A model generated the notes under the pieces. The model made no database searches and was not told the DNA's origin. It saw only the letters and a list, made by a program, of their open reading frames with translations. From the NCBI GenBank assembly GCA_041666145.1, contig JBAYHK010000002.1:260-64259 (forward strand): a stretch of 64,000 nucleotides of DNA, written 5' to 3'. The DNA comes from Patescibacteria group bacterium (lineage in GTDB: Bacteria; Patescibacteriota; Patescibacteriia; UBA9934). This document shows positions 47,594-56,049 of this stretch, piece by piece (positions within the stretch are counted from its first letter, which is position 1; the number at the start of each line of letters is the position of its first letter). Made by a program: the position numbers and the translations under genes.

Positions 47594-48019
47594 ATGGACG
47601 TTCCAATTCGTCGGCTTTCTCAATTCACCCCGCTGCCTGAATACAAAACATCAGGCGCATGTGCGTTTGATATTGCCGTAATCGAGGAAAAAACATTACA
47701 ACCAAATGAACGTGCGATTTTTTCCACGGGTCTTGTTATAAAAGTACCAGACGATCAAGTCCTTATTCTTGCCTCTCGATCAAGCAATGCAAAAAAAGGA
47801 ATTGTCTTGAGCAATGGAATCGGCGTTATTGACAACGACCACTGCGGACCGAATGATCAGCTTCTTCTCGCAATTCTTAATATCGGAAATACACCATATT
47901 CCATCAAAATCGGAGAACGAATTGCCCAAGGATTCTTCGTGCCATTTTCTCGTGCAACATTCGTTGAACCAGAAGAATGGGACTTGCCTGATCGTGGCAG
48001 TTTTGGCACCACTGGATAG
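47594..48019 (+). CDS. dut: dUTP diphosphatase
   Basis: AFD, SRSS, GVIDND, GERIAQ, RGSFGTTG (five dUTPase motifs). Confidence 0.94.
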   Translation: MDVPIRRLSQFTPLPEYKTSGACAFDIAVIEEKTLQPNERAIFSTGLVIKVPDDQVLILASRSSNAKKGIVLSNGIGVIDNDHCGPNDQLLLAILNIGNTPYSIKIGERIAQGFFVPFSRATFVEPEEWDLPDRGSFGTTG

Positions 48020-48085
48020 GACATTTTCTCATCTACAATCACCAAAGTTCCTGTATACTCAATACAATTCAATTCGAAAAAAACT

Positions 48086-48952
48086 ATGGCAAAACTCATC
48101 ACACTTGGTTCACTCATCGACAAGACCGTCGACCACTATCATCACAATTTTAAAGAACTCGTCGGTATAACTCTTTGGCTTATTGTTGGAGCAGCACCAT
48201 TTCTTTTTTCTGGATACATTGCCCCAATGGGAGTCGATGAAGCAACTCCCATGAATGAACTTATTGCATATCTTGGAATAAATACCGTTGGCTTTATTAC
48301 AACCACCATTGCAAGTTTCTGGATTGCAGCGTGCCTCATTCTCACAATCGATGCGCGAGCAAAAGGCAATGTTCCAAATCATGTCGCTCTTGGAAAGCAA
48401 TCATGGAGGCATATCCCGGAACTTATGGCGCTCTCAATCGGGATCGCTCTCGCAGCAGGAGCGGCCACAATCGCCCTTATTGTTCCAAGCTTCCTTATCA
48501 TGTTCCTTAATGGTGCAGAAGGCGCTCTTGGTGTTGCCATTGGAGTCATTGGTGTTCTTCTTCTTTTTACTGGAATTATCGCAGCAATCTACGCAGTAAT
48601 CCGATACGGCGTAGAACTTACCTTTGCACAATTTTTTCTTGTACTCGGGCAGAAAAATATCTGGGGAGCAATAAAAGAATCGCATGCTGCAGTTCAAGGT
48701 TCTTGGTGGAATATTGCAATACGATTATTTGTTCCAAATGCGATCATTTCACTCATCGTTATTGCAGGAACAATGACCATAAATATCGCAACAACAGTTC
48801 TTGTATCCTTTGCTGCCGCGTCTCTCTCCAGTCTTGCAATCAAGCTCATCGCGATTGGGCTCACATTGAGCATTTTCATTGTAAACGCCTTAATCATGCC
48901 GCTCTATTCGCTTGCAATCTACTATCTCTATGACAGCATCAAGCGATCGTAA
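48086..48952 (+). CDS. Multi-pass membrane protein
   Basis: About six TM helices; AIKESHAAVQGSWW motif. Confidence 0.7.
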   Translation: MAKLITLGSLIDKTVDHYHHNFKELVGITLWLIVGAAPFLFSGYIAPMGVDEATPMNELIAYLGINTVGFITTTIASFWIAACLILTIDARAKGNVPNHVALGKQSWRHIPELMALSIGIALAAGAATIALIVPSFLIMFLNGAEGALGVAIGVIGVLLLFTGIIAAIYAVIRYGVELTFAQFFLVLGQKNIWGAIKESHAAVQGSWWNIAIRLFVPNAIISLIVIAGTMTINIATTVLVSFAAASLSSLAIKLIAIGLTLSIFIVNALIMPLYSLAIYYLYDSIKRS

Positions 48953-49706
48953 TCTGGAAGAAGAAAATACAACACAAAAATTTCCAAGCGCATTCGAAAT
49001 TTTGTTCTACAGCATTGTTCTTACAAAACGCTACGCAAATGAAGTCTACGGATTTGCCGCCTATCTTCTATTCCCCATCATTCTTGCAATTGGAACACAG
49101 AATGTTTCAGGAACCTTTGGAGAAATTCTTTCTGCAACCGTAAACGTTCTTTTTATTCTTCTTGCGTGCTGGATTCATGCAGCGATCATTACCCTGGTAA
49201 GCATGCGAGCGACACATCCAAAAAAAGATCCAGATCCTCGAAGCGTCGGTCTGTACGCGCTCTCTATTCTCAATACACTGGTCTTCGCACTGCTTCTTTC
49301 AACACTCATACAATTTGCCGGCTACGTTCTTTTTATTATTCCAGGAATCATTCTCACGGTTCTCCTTAGCTTTGCTTCTCAAGAAGTTGTCCTTCATGGA
49401 GCCGGGCCACTCTCAGCACTTGCAGCGTCTCGAGCAAAGATTCAGCCTTTTTTTCTTCCTATTGCATGGCGCTTTATTGTTCTCACGATTGGAATACTCG
49501 GTTCATACATTATTCTTACTGCAATCATTTTCGCACTCGTAAGTCTTGCTACTGGAATTGATTTTGTAACGCTTGTTACCGTAACTCCAACCTGGCTTGA
49601 CGCTTTGCTCACAGTGTTGCAAATTGCCTTCTTGCCACCACTCATCATCGGGCAAACCGTGCTTTATCTTGCAACAGAAACGGCTCCAAAAGAACCTGAA
49701 AAATAA
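48930..49706 (+). CDS. Multi-pass membrane protein, similar architecture to upstream gene
   Basis: LFIIPGI and ALAASR motifs; about six TM helices. Confidence 0.7.
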   Translation: MTASSDRNLEEENTTQKFPSAFEILFYSIVLTKRYANEVYGFAAYLLFPIILAIGTQNVSGTFGEILSATVNVLFILLACWIHAAIITLVSMRATHPKKDPDPRSVGLYALSILNTLVFALLLSTLIQFAGYVLFIIPGIILTVLLSFASQEVVLHGAGPLSALAASRAKIQPFFLPIAWRFIVLTIGILGSYIILTAIIFALVSLATGIDFVTLVTVTPTWLDALLTVLQIAFLPPLIIGQTVLYLATETAPKEPEK

Positions 49707-49709
49707 GCT

Positions 49710-51215
49710 ATGCATCTGCAACCTGTTATTGGACTTGAAACGCACATTGAACTAAGCACTGTAACCAAAATGTTCTGCGGATGTGCTGCGCATGAAGATG
49801 CTGTCGCACCAAACACAAATGTCTGTCCTATCTGCATGGGACACCCTGGCACGCTTCCTGTTCCAAATGCAGCGGCACTGCATCATGCAGTACTCCTTGG
49901 GATTGCACTCAACGGAACCATTGCGGAACATTCAAAATTTGATCGGAAAAATTACTTCTATCCAGATCTTCCAAAGGCATATCAAATCTCTCAATTCGAT
50001 CTTCCAATCATGCAGAATGGAGAAGTTGTTATTGACGTTCCTGGAATAGGTCCTTCACGCATCGGCATTGAACGCATGCATCTTGAAGAAGACTCTGCAA
50101 AAAATATCCATGGCAAAGACGGAAAAACGTATGTCGACTTTAATCGAGCGAGCATTCCTCTCTGTGAAGTTGTTACAAGGCCAGATTTTCGAAGTGGCGC
50201 AGAGGCAAAAGCCTATGTTCAAGAACTTCGTCTCCTCGTAAGAATGCTCGGCATTTCTGACGGCGACCTTGAACGCGGTCATCTCCGTTGCGACGTGAAT
50301 GTTTCACTTCGAGAAGTCGATGAAACTGGCTTACCAATTGGACCGTTACATCCAAAAACAGAAATCAAGAACATCAATTCCTTCCGAGCTATTGAACGCG
50401 CAATTCAATACGAAATTCAACGTCAAACTGCGCTCTGGAATGCTGGCACTCCGCCAATGATCACCACAACTCGCGGATGGAATGACGCAACACAAACCAC
50501 AGACGCACAGCGAACAAAAGAAGACTCCGCAGACTATCGCTACTTCCCAGAGCCAGACATCCCACCGCTTAATCTTCGAGAACTTTCCGAAGAAATCCGC
50601 CGACGCATTCCAGAACTTCCGCAAGCAAAACGAGAACGGTTCATTGCGGAATACGGATTCAAAGCAGAAGAGGCTCGATACATTATTGACGACAGCGCAC
50701 TCGCGAACTTCACCGAAGAAATAATGTCCGAGCTTGGTGTATGGATTGAATCAGAAGCGAATGTCACTCCTGAATCAATGCCAGAAGAAAAGCTTAAGCT
50801 CACAAAACTCGTTGCAAGCTGGCTCATAACAAAGTTCCCAAGCGTCCTAACTGCACAAGGAAAAACATACGAGTCAACACACATTGTCGCAGAACGTTTT
50901 GCAGACTTTCTTACACGAATTGCTCGCAGACAGTTGACTGTGCAAAAAGGTCTCGAGGTTCTCTCGCTCATGGAAAAGGATCAAATCGACGTTGACGATG
51001 CAATCGAAAAACTCGGAACTGTTTCAAGCCATAATGAAAGCGACATCGACGTCATCGTCATAGAAGTGCTCAATTCATGTCCTGAAGAAGTCGCCAGATA
51101 CAAAAACGGCGAAACAAAACTTCTCCCCTTTTTCCTGGGGCAAGTCATGAAAGCCTCTAAAGGAAACGCGGATCCTTCCACTGCGACTGCAGCCCTAAAA
51201 AAAGCACTCACCTAA
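49710..51215 (+). CDS. gatB: Asp/Glu-tRNA amidotransferase subunit B
   Basis: IGLETHIEL, RKNYFYPDLPK, HLEED, DYRYFPEPD, GQVMK. Confidence 0.97.
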   Translation: MHLQPVIGLETHIELSTVTKMFCGCAAHEDAVAPNTNVCPICMGHPGTLPVPNAAALHHAVLLGIALNGTIAEHSKFDRKNYFYPDLPKAYQISQFDLPIMQNGEVVIDVPGIGPSRIGIERMHLEEDSAKNIHGKDGKTYVDFNRASIPLCEVVTRPDFRSGAEAKAYVQELRLLVRMLGISDGDLERGHLRCDVNVSLREVDETGLPIGPLHPKTEIKNINSFRAIERAIQYEIQRQTALWNAGTPPMITTTRGWNDATQTTDAQRTKEDSADYRYFPEPDIPPLNLRELSEEIRRRIPELPQAKRERFIAEYGFKAEEARYIIDDSALANFTEEIMSELGVWIESEANVTPESMPEEKLKLTKLVASWLITKFPSVLTAQGKTYESTHIVAERFADFLTRIARRQLTVQKGLEVLSLMEKDQIDVDDAIEKLGTVSSHNESDIDVIVIEVLNSCPEEVARYKNGETKLLPFFLGQVMKASKGNADPSTATAALKKALT

Positions 51216-51245
51216 CAAAAGTCGGCCAATCGGCCGACTTTTGTT
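51214..51245. terminator. Bidirectional terminator
   Basis: AACAAAAGTCGGCC-AATC-GGCCGACTTTTGTT. Confidence 0.8.
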
Positions 51246-51252
51246 TTCCACA

Positions 51253-51972
51253 CTAGATCCCTCTATCTACATTAATTATCGATGACATCTCCCTGTCTAT
51301 TTCACGCATCTCATCAGCAATCTCACGCTTACGTCCCGCCTTTCCAAACTGCCAAAACTTAATCGACCCAAGTTCTTGCTGAAGTCTTTCCCGGTCCAAA
51401 CGAAGCTCATCTCGTCGCGATAATGGTCTTGCTTCTTTTGTCTTTATAACTAAATGGCTCAGCTCTTCACCGATCCTCTCTCGGGCAATAGCAATACGAT
51501 CCTCTCTAGATAACTCATCACTTTCTGGCCGCATCTTTGATCGTGCCTGAATGGGAAGCTTAGACTCTAATTCTGCTTCAATAACATCACGTTCCCTTAA
51601 AACTTCTTCTATATCGTCATCAAGACCAGTAAGATAATCTCGTCCAGATTTGAAAAATCGACGGAAAACTCCATCTGCATTCTTTCTTCTCATCCTAAGA
51701 TCGCGTAGCTGATTATTTAACGCGTCACGCTGAAGCGTAAGAGCCGAAACACCATTCAAATCATCCAATATATCTCTTTCTAGTATCTTCTCGCGGATTA
51801 CTTGAGCTTCCTGTCTATCCGCTATCTTCTCACTTCTTTTAAGCTCATGCTCTTTTAAAAATAAAATTGGTTCACCGATCTTGTCTTCGGCCGCTTCTCT
51901 ACTCTTAGGCTTCTCAACGAAGGGACGGGAGGGGGCCTCTCTTCGTGGAATTTGTGAAATTAAGTTCTCCAT
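51253..51972 (-). CDS. Charged coiled-coil hypothetical protein
   Basis: 239-aa R/E-rich ORF. Confidence 0.6.
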   Translation of the reverse strand: MENLISQIPRREAPSRPFVEKPKSREAAEDKIGEPILFLKEHELKRSEKIADRQEAQVIREKILERDILDDLNGVSALTLQRDALNNQLRDLRMRRKNADGVFRRFFKSGRDYLTGLDDDIEEVLRERDVIEAELESKLPIQARSKMRPESDELSREDRIAIARERIGEELSHLVIKTKEARPLSRRDELRLDRERLQQELGSIKFWQFGKAGRKREIADEMREIDREMSSIINVDRGI

Positions 51973-52030
51973 ATTCTAAAAGCGTTAATGCTTGAGAAGA
52001 TTATCCTACTCTCTACTCTAACAGTCGATG

Positions 52031-53008
52031 TCATTTACACACATTCAAAAACTTTTCTACCGCCAACATTGCCTGTTTTTCTGTTTTCACCCACACAATC
52101 CGCTCATCTCGTCGAAACCATGTTTCTTGCCTCTTTGCATAATGACGGGTGTCGTACTTTATGCGGAGAACGGCGTCTCGCAAGGATTCTTTCTTTGCGA
52201 AGAAATCCGCAATCTGCCTATAGCCGATGCCGGTCATTGCTTGCGACTCTGCGCCGTAGCGTTCGAGCAATCCTCGCACTTCGTCAATGAGCCCTTGGCC
52301 AATCATCTCATCAACACGCTGGTCGATTCGTAAAAAAAGCTCACTGCGCTCAACGTCCATTCCTATCTGCAACACGTCATAAATCGGTTCGCTAAATTCT
52401 TGATGCTCCGCAAGCGTTCCACCCGTTGTCCGAAGAATCTCCAAAGCACGCACAAGTCGCCGACGATTACGGTCATCAATTGCTGCCGCAGCATCAGGAT
52501 CTCGAAGCGCAATCTCCTCTAAAAGATCATTATCACTCATCGCCTCAAGTTCAGATCGAAGTAATGGATCTGGCGCAGCGCCAGCAAAATTTGGCCTATC
52601 AACGATTGCACGAATATACAAACCAGTGCCGCCGACAATAATTGGCACGTTTCCCCTATCAAGAATCTCAGCAATCTTTTTATCTGCATATTCTTGATAC
52701 TGCGAAACCGTAAAAGGCTCATCTGGATTCACGAGATCGAATCCCCAGTGCGGGACTCCGTCGACCATGCGGGGATGATCGGAGAAGAGAGATTCGATTC
52801 GACCCCCTCCAGCTCCCCCTTGGTAAGGGGGAGAGTCCACGTCTGCAGTCGGCTTTGCGGTTCCAATGTCCATGCCTCGATAAACGGTTCGGCTGTCTGC
52901 AGCAATGACTTCCCCGCCAAAACGCTTCGCTAATGCAATCCCGACCCCAGTCTTTCCAGAGCACGTTGGCCCACAAACTACCAAGATTTTCGGAAGCTTT
53001 TCTATCAT
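52031..53008 (-). CDS. miaA: tRNA dimethylallyltransferase with ~20-aa insertion
   Basis: GPTCSGKT, DSRTVYRGMDIGTAKP, VGGTGLY, YAKRQETWF. Confidence 0.96.
   Translation of the reverse strand: MIEKLPKILVVCGPTCSGKTGVGIALAKRFGGEVIAADSRTVYRGMDIGTAKPTADVDSPPYQGGAGGGRIESLFSDHPRMVDGVPHWGFDLVNPDEPFTVSQYQEYADKKIAEILDRGNVPIIVGGTGLYIRAIVDRPNFAGAAPDPLLRSELEAMSDNDLLEEIALRDPDAAAAIDDRNRRRLVRALEILRTTGGTLAEHQEFSEPIYDVLQIGMDVERSELFLRIDQRVDEMIGQGLIDEVRGLLERYGAESQAMTGIGYRQIADFFAKKESLRDAVLRIKYDTRHYAKRQETWFRRDERIVWVKTEKQAMLAVEKFLNVCK
52802..52835. repeat. GC-rich palindromic insertion inside miaA
   Basis: ACCCCCTCCAG-CTCCCCCTT-GGT-AAGGGGGAG; encodes SPPYQGGAGG. Confidence 0.65.
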
Positions 53009-53140
53009 ATTCCGCGATCGTACCACCTTCACAAAAATCACTCTTGCAAAAAATCATTTTTTCTGCTAATATTCGCTGTTTCTCGAACATCAGTCCGTGA
53101 TCGAGATTCAACCCAAAACCTTTCGTTTCGTGGAGAAAAA

Positions 53141-53665
53141 ATGTCTGGAACACGACCACCTCCTCACTTCCGTCTCGTCAAACCGACCGAAGAAACTGAT
53201 AATGACGAATCCATCGAGAACCAAAGCCGCGAACCTTGGTGGTGGCGCACCCTCGTCATTGGCACCCTCAAGTTCGGTCGCTGGCGGTTCTCACCGCTGT
53301 GGCCCGCTTTCTACGTGTTGCGACAGCTTCGCAACCTGAACATCAAAGATGCGATGGATGAAATAAACAGAGATTACGGAGAATACATCAGGAAAAGAGG
53401 CTGGAACGCTCTAACGCTTTTCCTCCGCATACACGAACAGGCCTACAAAGATCCAGGATTCCGTCTTGTCTGCGAAAAAGCGGTACGGAAACATCGAGTC
53501 AGCTTCTTCGGTCTCGACGTCATCCTGAATCAAGAGATCCAGGGACAAAGCCCGATCATCTGTCATCTCGATTGGGTGGCAGGGAAACTGAAGTCTCCGC
53601 TACCTCCCAAAAAAAGCATACAGAAAGAAAAGGCGGAAACGCCGGCTCTCAAATTTGCTCGATAA
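53141..53665 (+). CDS. Hypothetical protein
   Basis: 174-aa ORF; TTGCAA-17-TAATAT promoter (53044-53072), GGAG RBS, downstream hairpin. Confidence 0.6.
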   Translation: MSGTRPPPHFRLVKPTEETDNDESIENQSREPWWWRTLVIGTLKFGRWRFSPLWPAFYVLRQLRNLNIKDAMDEINRDYGEYIRKRGWNALTLFLRIHEQAYKDPGFRLVCEKAVRKHRVSFFGLDVILNQEIQGQSPIICHLDWVAGKLKSPLPPKKSIQKEKAETPALKFAR

Positions 53666-53785
53666 AAAAACTAGACCCCTGGCACTCTACGCGAGCGCTG
53701 GGGGTTTTACATTGTTGTCCACTATTTTTTCAATAAAAATAGACCAAAATTGGTACACTGTGGTGGTATTAATTTTTATCGCCAT

Positions 53786-55615
53786 ATGCAAAAAAGGGAA
53801 AAAGGAGGAAACGTTTTAGAGATGAGCGAGAAAGGAATCGTTAAAGAAACATGGGATAGGAATTCTGAAGAATATGACACCGAAAAACGCGGAGAAGCTG
53901 CTCTTATTGCCGCACTCGAGCGAGGACGAGAACTAAAGCGAGGCTTTGTTGAAAAAGCTGGCCCTCTTTTGAGAGGCATTCAAAGCCGTATTACTAACCT
54001 TGCAAATCGCGGACTTTCATACATCGCGAAATTTATTGGCCATAGCGCCGAAGCAAAAGATACGGCGATAGAGGCGGGAGGCGCTCTGGCAGAAGAAGCA
54101 AAATTCGCAAACAGAAACACGCTTCCAGCGTTTGGAGAAATGGGTCGACGGGCCATAAAGGAATTGCTAAGCCCTGCAGAAGCAGTACGCGACCTTCTCA
54201 ATCCTGTTATTGTCTCTGAATCGCAAAAAGTAACCTTAGGTAACATTGATCGCGAAAGATTCGAAATAAATCAAAAACTCGCAATAACCAAACCCGGCAA
54301 GAAACGTGACGAACTAATTGCCACTCTCGATGATCTTCAAAAAGAGGAGGATGAGATTCTTCATCCATCACAATTCCGACGTGGAGGTGTTCAGCTCGCA
54401 AAAAAGAGCGCAATGATGGCTGGAGCTGTTGTTGCAGCGCCAGTTATTGGAGTTGGAATGCTTGGAGCTGCGGGAATAAGAGGAGCTGCAGAGATAGGAG
54501 CTGCTGGGATTGAAGTAGTTAAGGAAATGGGAGGCGAAGCAGCGGATGCGGGAGGCGATATGATTCTATCGGCCAGCGACTATGCTGCTAAAAAAATTAC
54601 CAATGCCGCAGAAAGTGCAAGGAACAAAAAATATGAACTGCTAACGGTTGGGGCAATCGCAAGAGAGGCGTTAGGCAAGGTGCTCGGCAAAGAAATGAAC
54701 CTAAGTTATGCTCAAACACTTTCACTCGGCGCATCTATTGAAGCATTAGGGCTTGCAAAAGACTTCGTCGGCAATGTTGCTGGAGCTGTTGGTGAGGTAT
54801 TATTACTTGAAGATCTAAAAGACATTGCAAGAAATAACCATGATGCACTGAAGACGATGTATCGAGTAATTGCGAATCCTGAAAGACGAAGGCTCTTTAT
54901 TGAGAGATTAAGTGAAGCGGATGTTGAAGCCGGAGCAGCTATAGAGGAAGTCGCAAGAGATATTGGTGTTGCAACATTAAAAGCAACGAAGAAAGCCTCT
55001 GGTTACAATATGGCGAAAAAAGCAGCAGAGACAACTGGCAGAGTATGGAGCAAAATCCAGGAAGGAATTAGTGAGGAGGAAGATAGGAAGGCGATGAGAG
55101 AAGAAGCTGCACAACAAGAAGATGTAGCAGGTAAAGAGGAAGAGTGGGAAAGGTTATCTAAAAACGTCCGAAGTGCAATCGACGGCCTTATAAAGACAAT
55201 AGAAGAAAGGGAGCGTCATAATTTAGAAGGCATCCAAGAGTTCGAGGATCGCCACAAAAAAAACTCGCTCTCCGGAGTTGCGAGCGGTGTTGAAGAAGCT
55301 GCCTTAGTTGTTGTGGCAGTAGAAGAACTTGAGGTAAAAGGAGGGGAGAAACTAATAGGAGCGATTACTGCGGAAAATGAAATCGCGACACAAGTTGCGG
55401 AAGTCGCAGTAAGAGCAGATGGAAAAGTCGGGAAGGCAATGGGAAAGGCACGACGTTCAATAAACGAAATACGCCGCGGAATGGCAATGAACATCGTCCG
55501 CCCAGAAACTGAAAGAGAGCGCAACGCTATTGCAAAAGCGATGGAAATGCTACACAGCATCGAAGATGGAACCGAGTTGCCAACAGGAGCAACGCAAGTC
55601 AAAGAAGTTGCATAA
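53786..55615 (+). CDS. Large Ala/Glu-rich helical hypothetical protein
   Basis: 609-aa ORF, purine-rich coding strand, central Gly/Ala hydrophobic segment. Confidence 0.7.
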   Translation: MQKREKGGNVLEMSEKGIVKETWDRNSEEYDTEKRGEAALIAALERGRELKRGFVEKAGPLLRGIQSRITNLANRGLSYIAKFIGHSAEAKDTAIEAGGALAEEAKFANRNTLPAFGEMGRRAIKELLSPAEAVRDLLNPVIVSESQKVTLGNIDRERFEINQKLAITKPGKKRDELIATLDDLQKEEDEILHPSQFRRGGVQLAKKSAMMAGAVVAAPVIGVGMLGAAGIRGAAEIGAAGIEVVKEMGGEAADAGGDMILSASDYAAKKITNAAESARNKKYELLTVGAIAREALGKVLGKEMNLSYAQTLSLGASIEALGLAKDFVGNVAGAVGEVLLLEDLKDIARNNHDALKTMYRVIANPERRRLFIERLSEADVEAGAAIEEVARDIGVATLKATKKASGYNMAKKAAETTGRVWSKIQEGISEEEDRKAMREEAAQQEDVAGKEEEWERLSKNVRSAIDGLIKTIEERERHNLEGIQEFEDRHKKNSLSGVASGVEEAALVVVAVEELEVKGGEKLIGAITAENEIATQVAEVAVRADGKVGKAMGKARRSINEIRRGMAMNIVRPETERERNAIAKAMEMLHSIEDGTELPTGATQVKEVA

Positions 55616-55642
55616 AGCACATCTCTAATTCCCTATTTTTCT

Positions 55643-55996
55643 ATGTCTCTTCAAACCATCGTACAAAACGCGCCGCTTGCTGCGGATGTAAAGAAAATGT
55701 TACTGGACAGAATTGCAAGTGAAGGAGAAACACCAGAGCTTACAGAAGATGTAAAGGTTGCATTACAAGATTACATTGATGCAGGCTTCAAAACGCTTGG
55801 AGTAGAACTTGATCCAAATGATCCAAAGGTACAAGCGGTTGCAACAGAGTTAAATGAGGAACTTGATGCGGTCGAAGAGGAATACAATGAAGAACTTGAA
55901 AACCTCAATATCGACGCTGCAGTTGCTCAAGCAAAAGGAAACAGAGACATTGACGGGCTTGAAGCGGACGCATTTAAGGCAAAAATGGCAGCGTAA
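55643..55996 (+). CDS. Small acidic hypothetical protein
   Basis: 117-aa D/E-rich ORF 27 nt after the previous gene. Confidence 0.7.
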   Translation: MSLQTIVQNAPLAADVKKMLLDRIASEGETPELTEDVKVALQDYIDAGFKTLGVELDPNDPKVQAVATELNEELDAVEEEYNEELENLNIDAAVAQAKGNRDIDGLEADAFKAKMAA

Positions 55997-56001
55997 GCAG
56001 C

Positions 56002-56039
56002 CAAACAAAAACACGACCAACTGGTCGTGTTTTTGTTTG
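56002..56039. terminator. Bidirectional terminator
   Basis: CAAACAAAAACACGACCA-AC-TGGTCGTGTTTTTGTTTG. Confidence 0.8.
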
Positions 56040-56049
56040 TGACCGGAAA

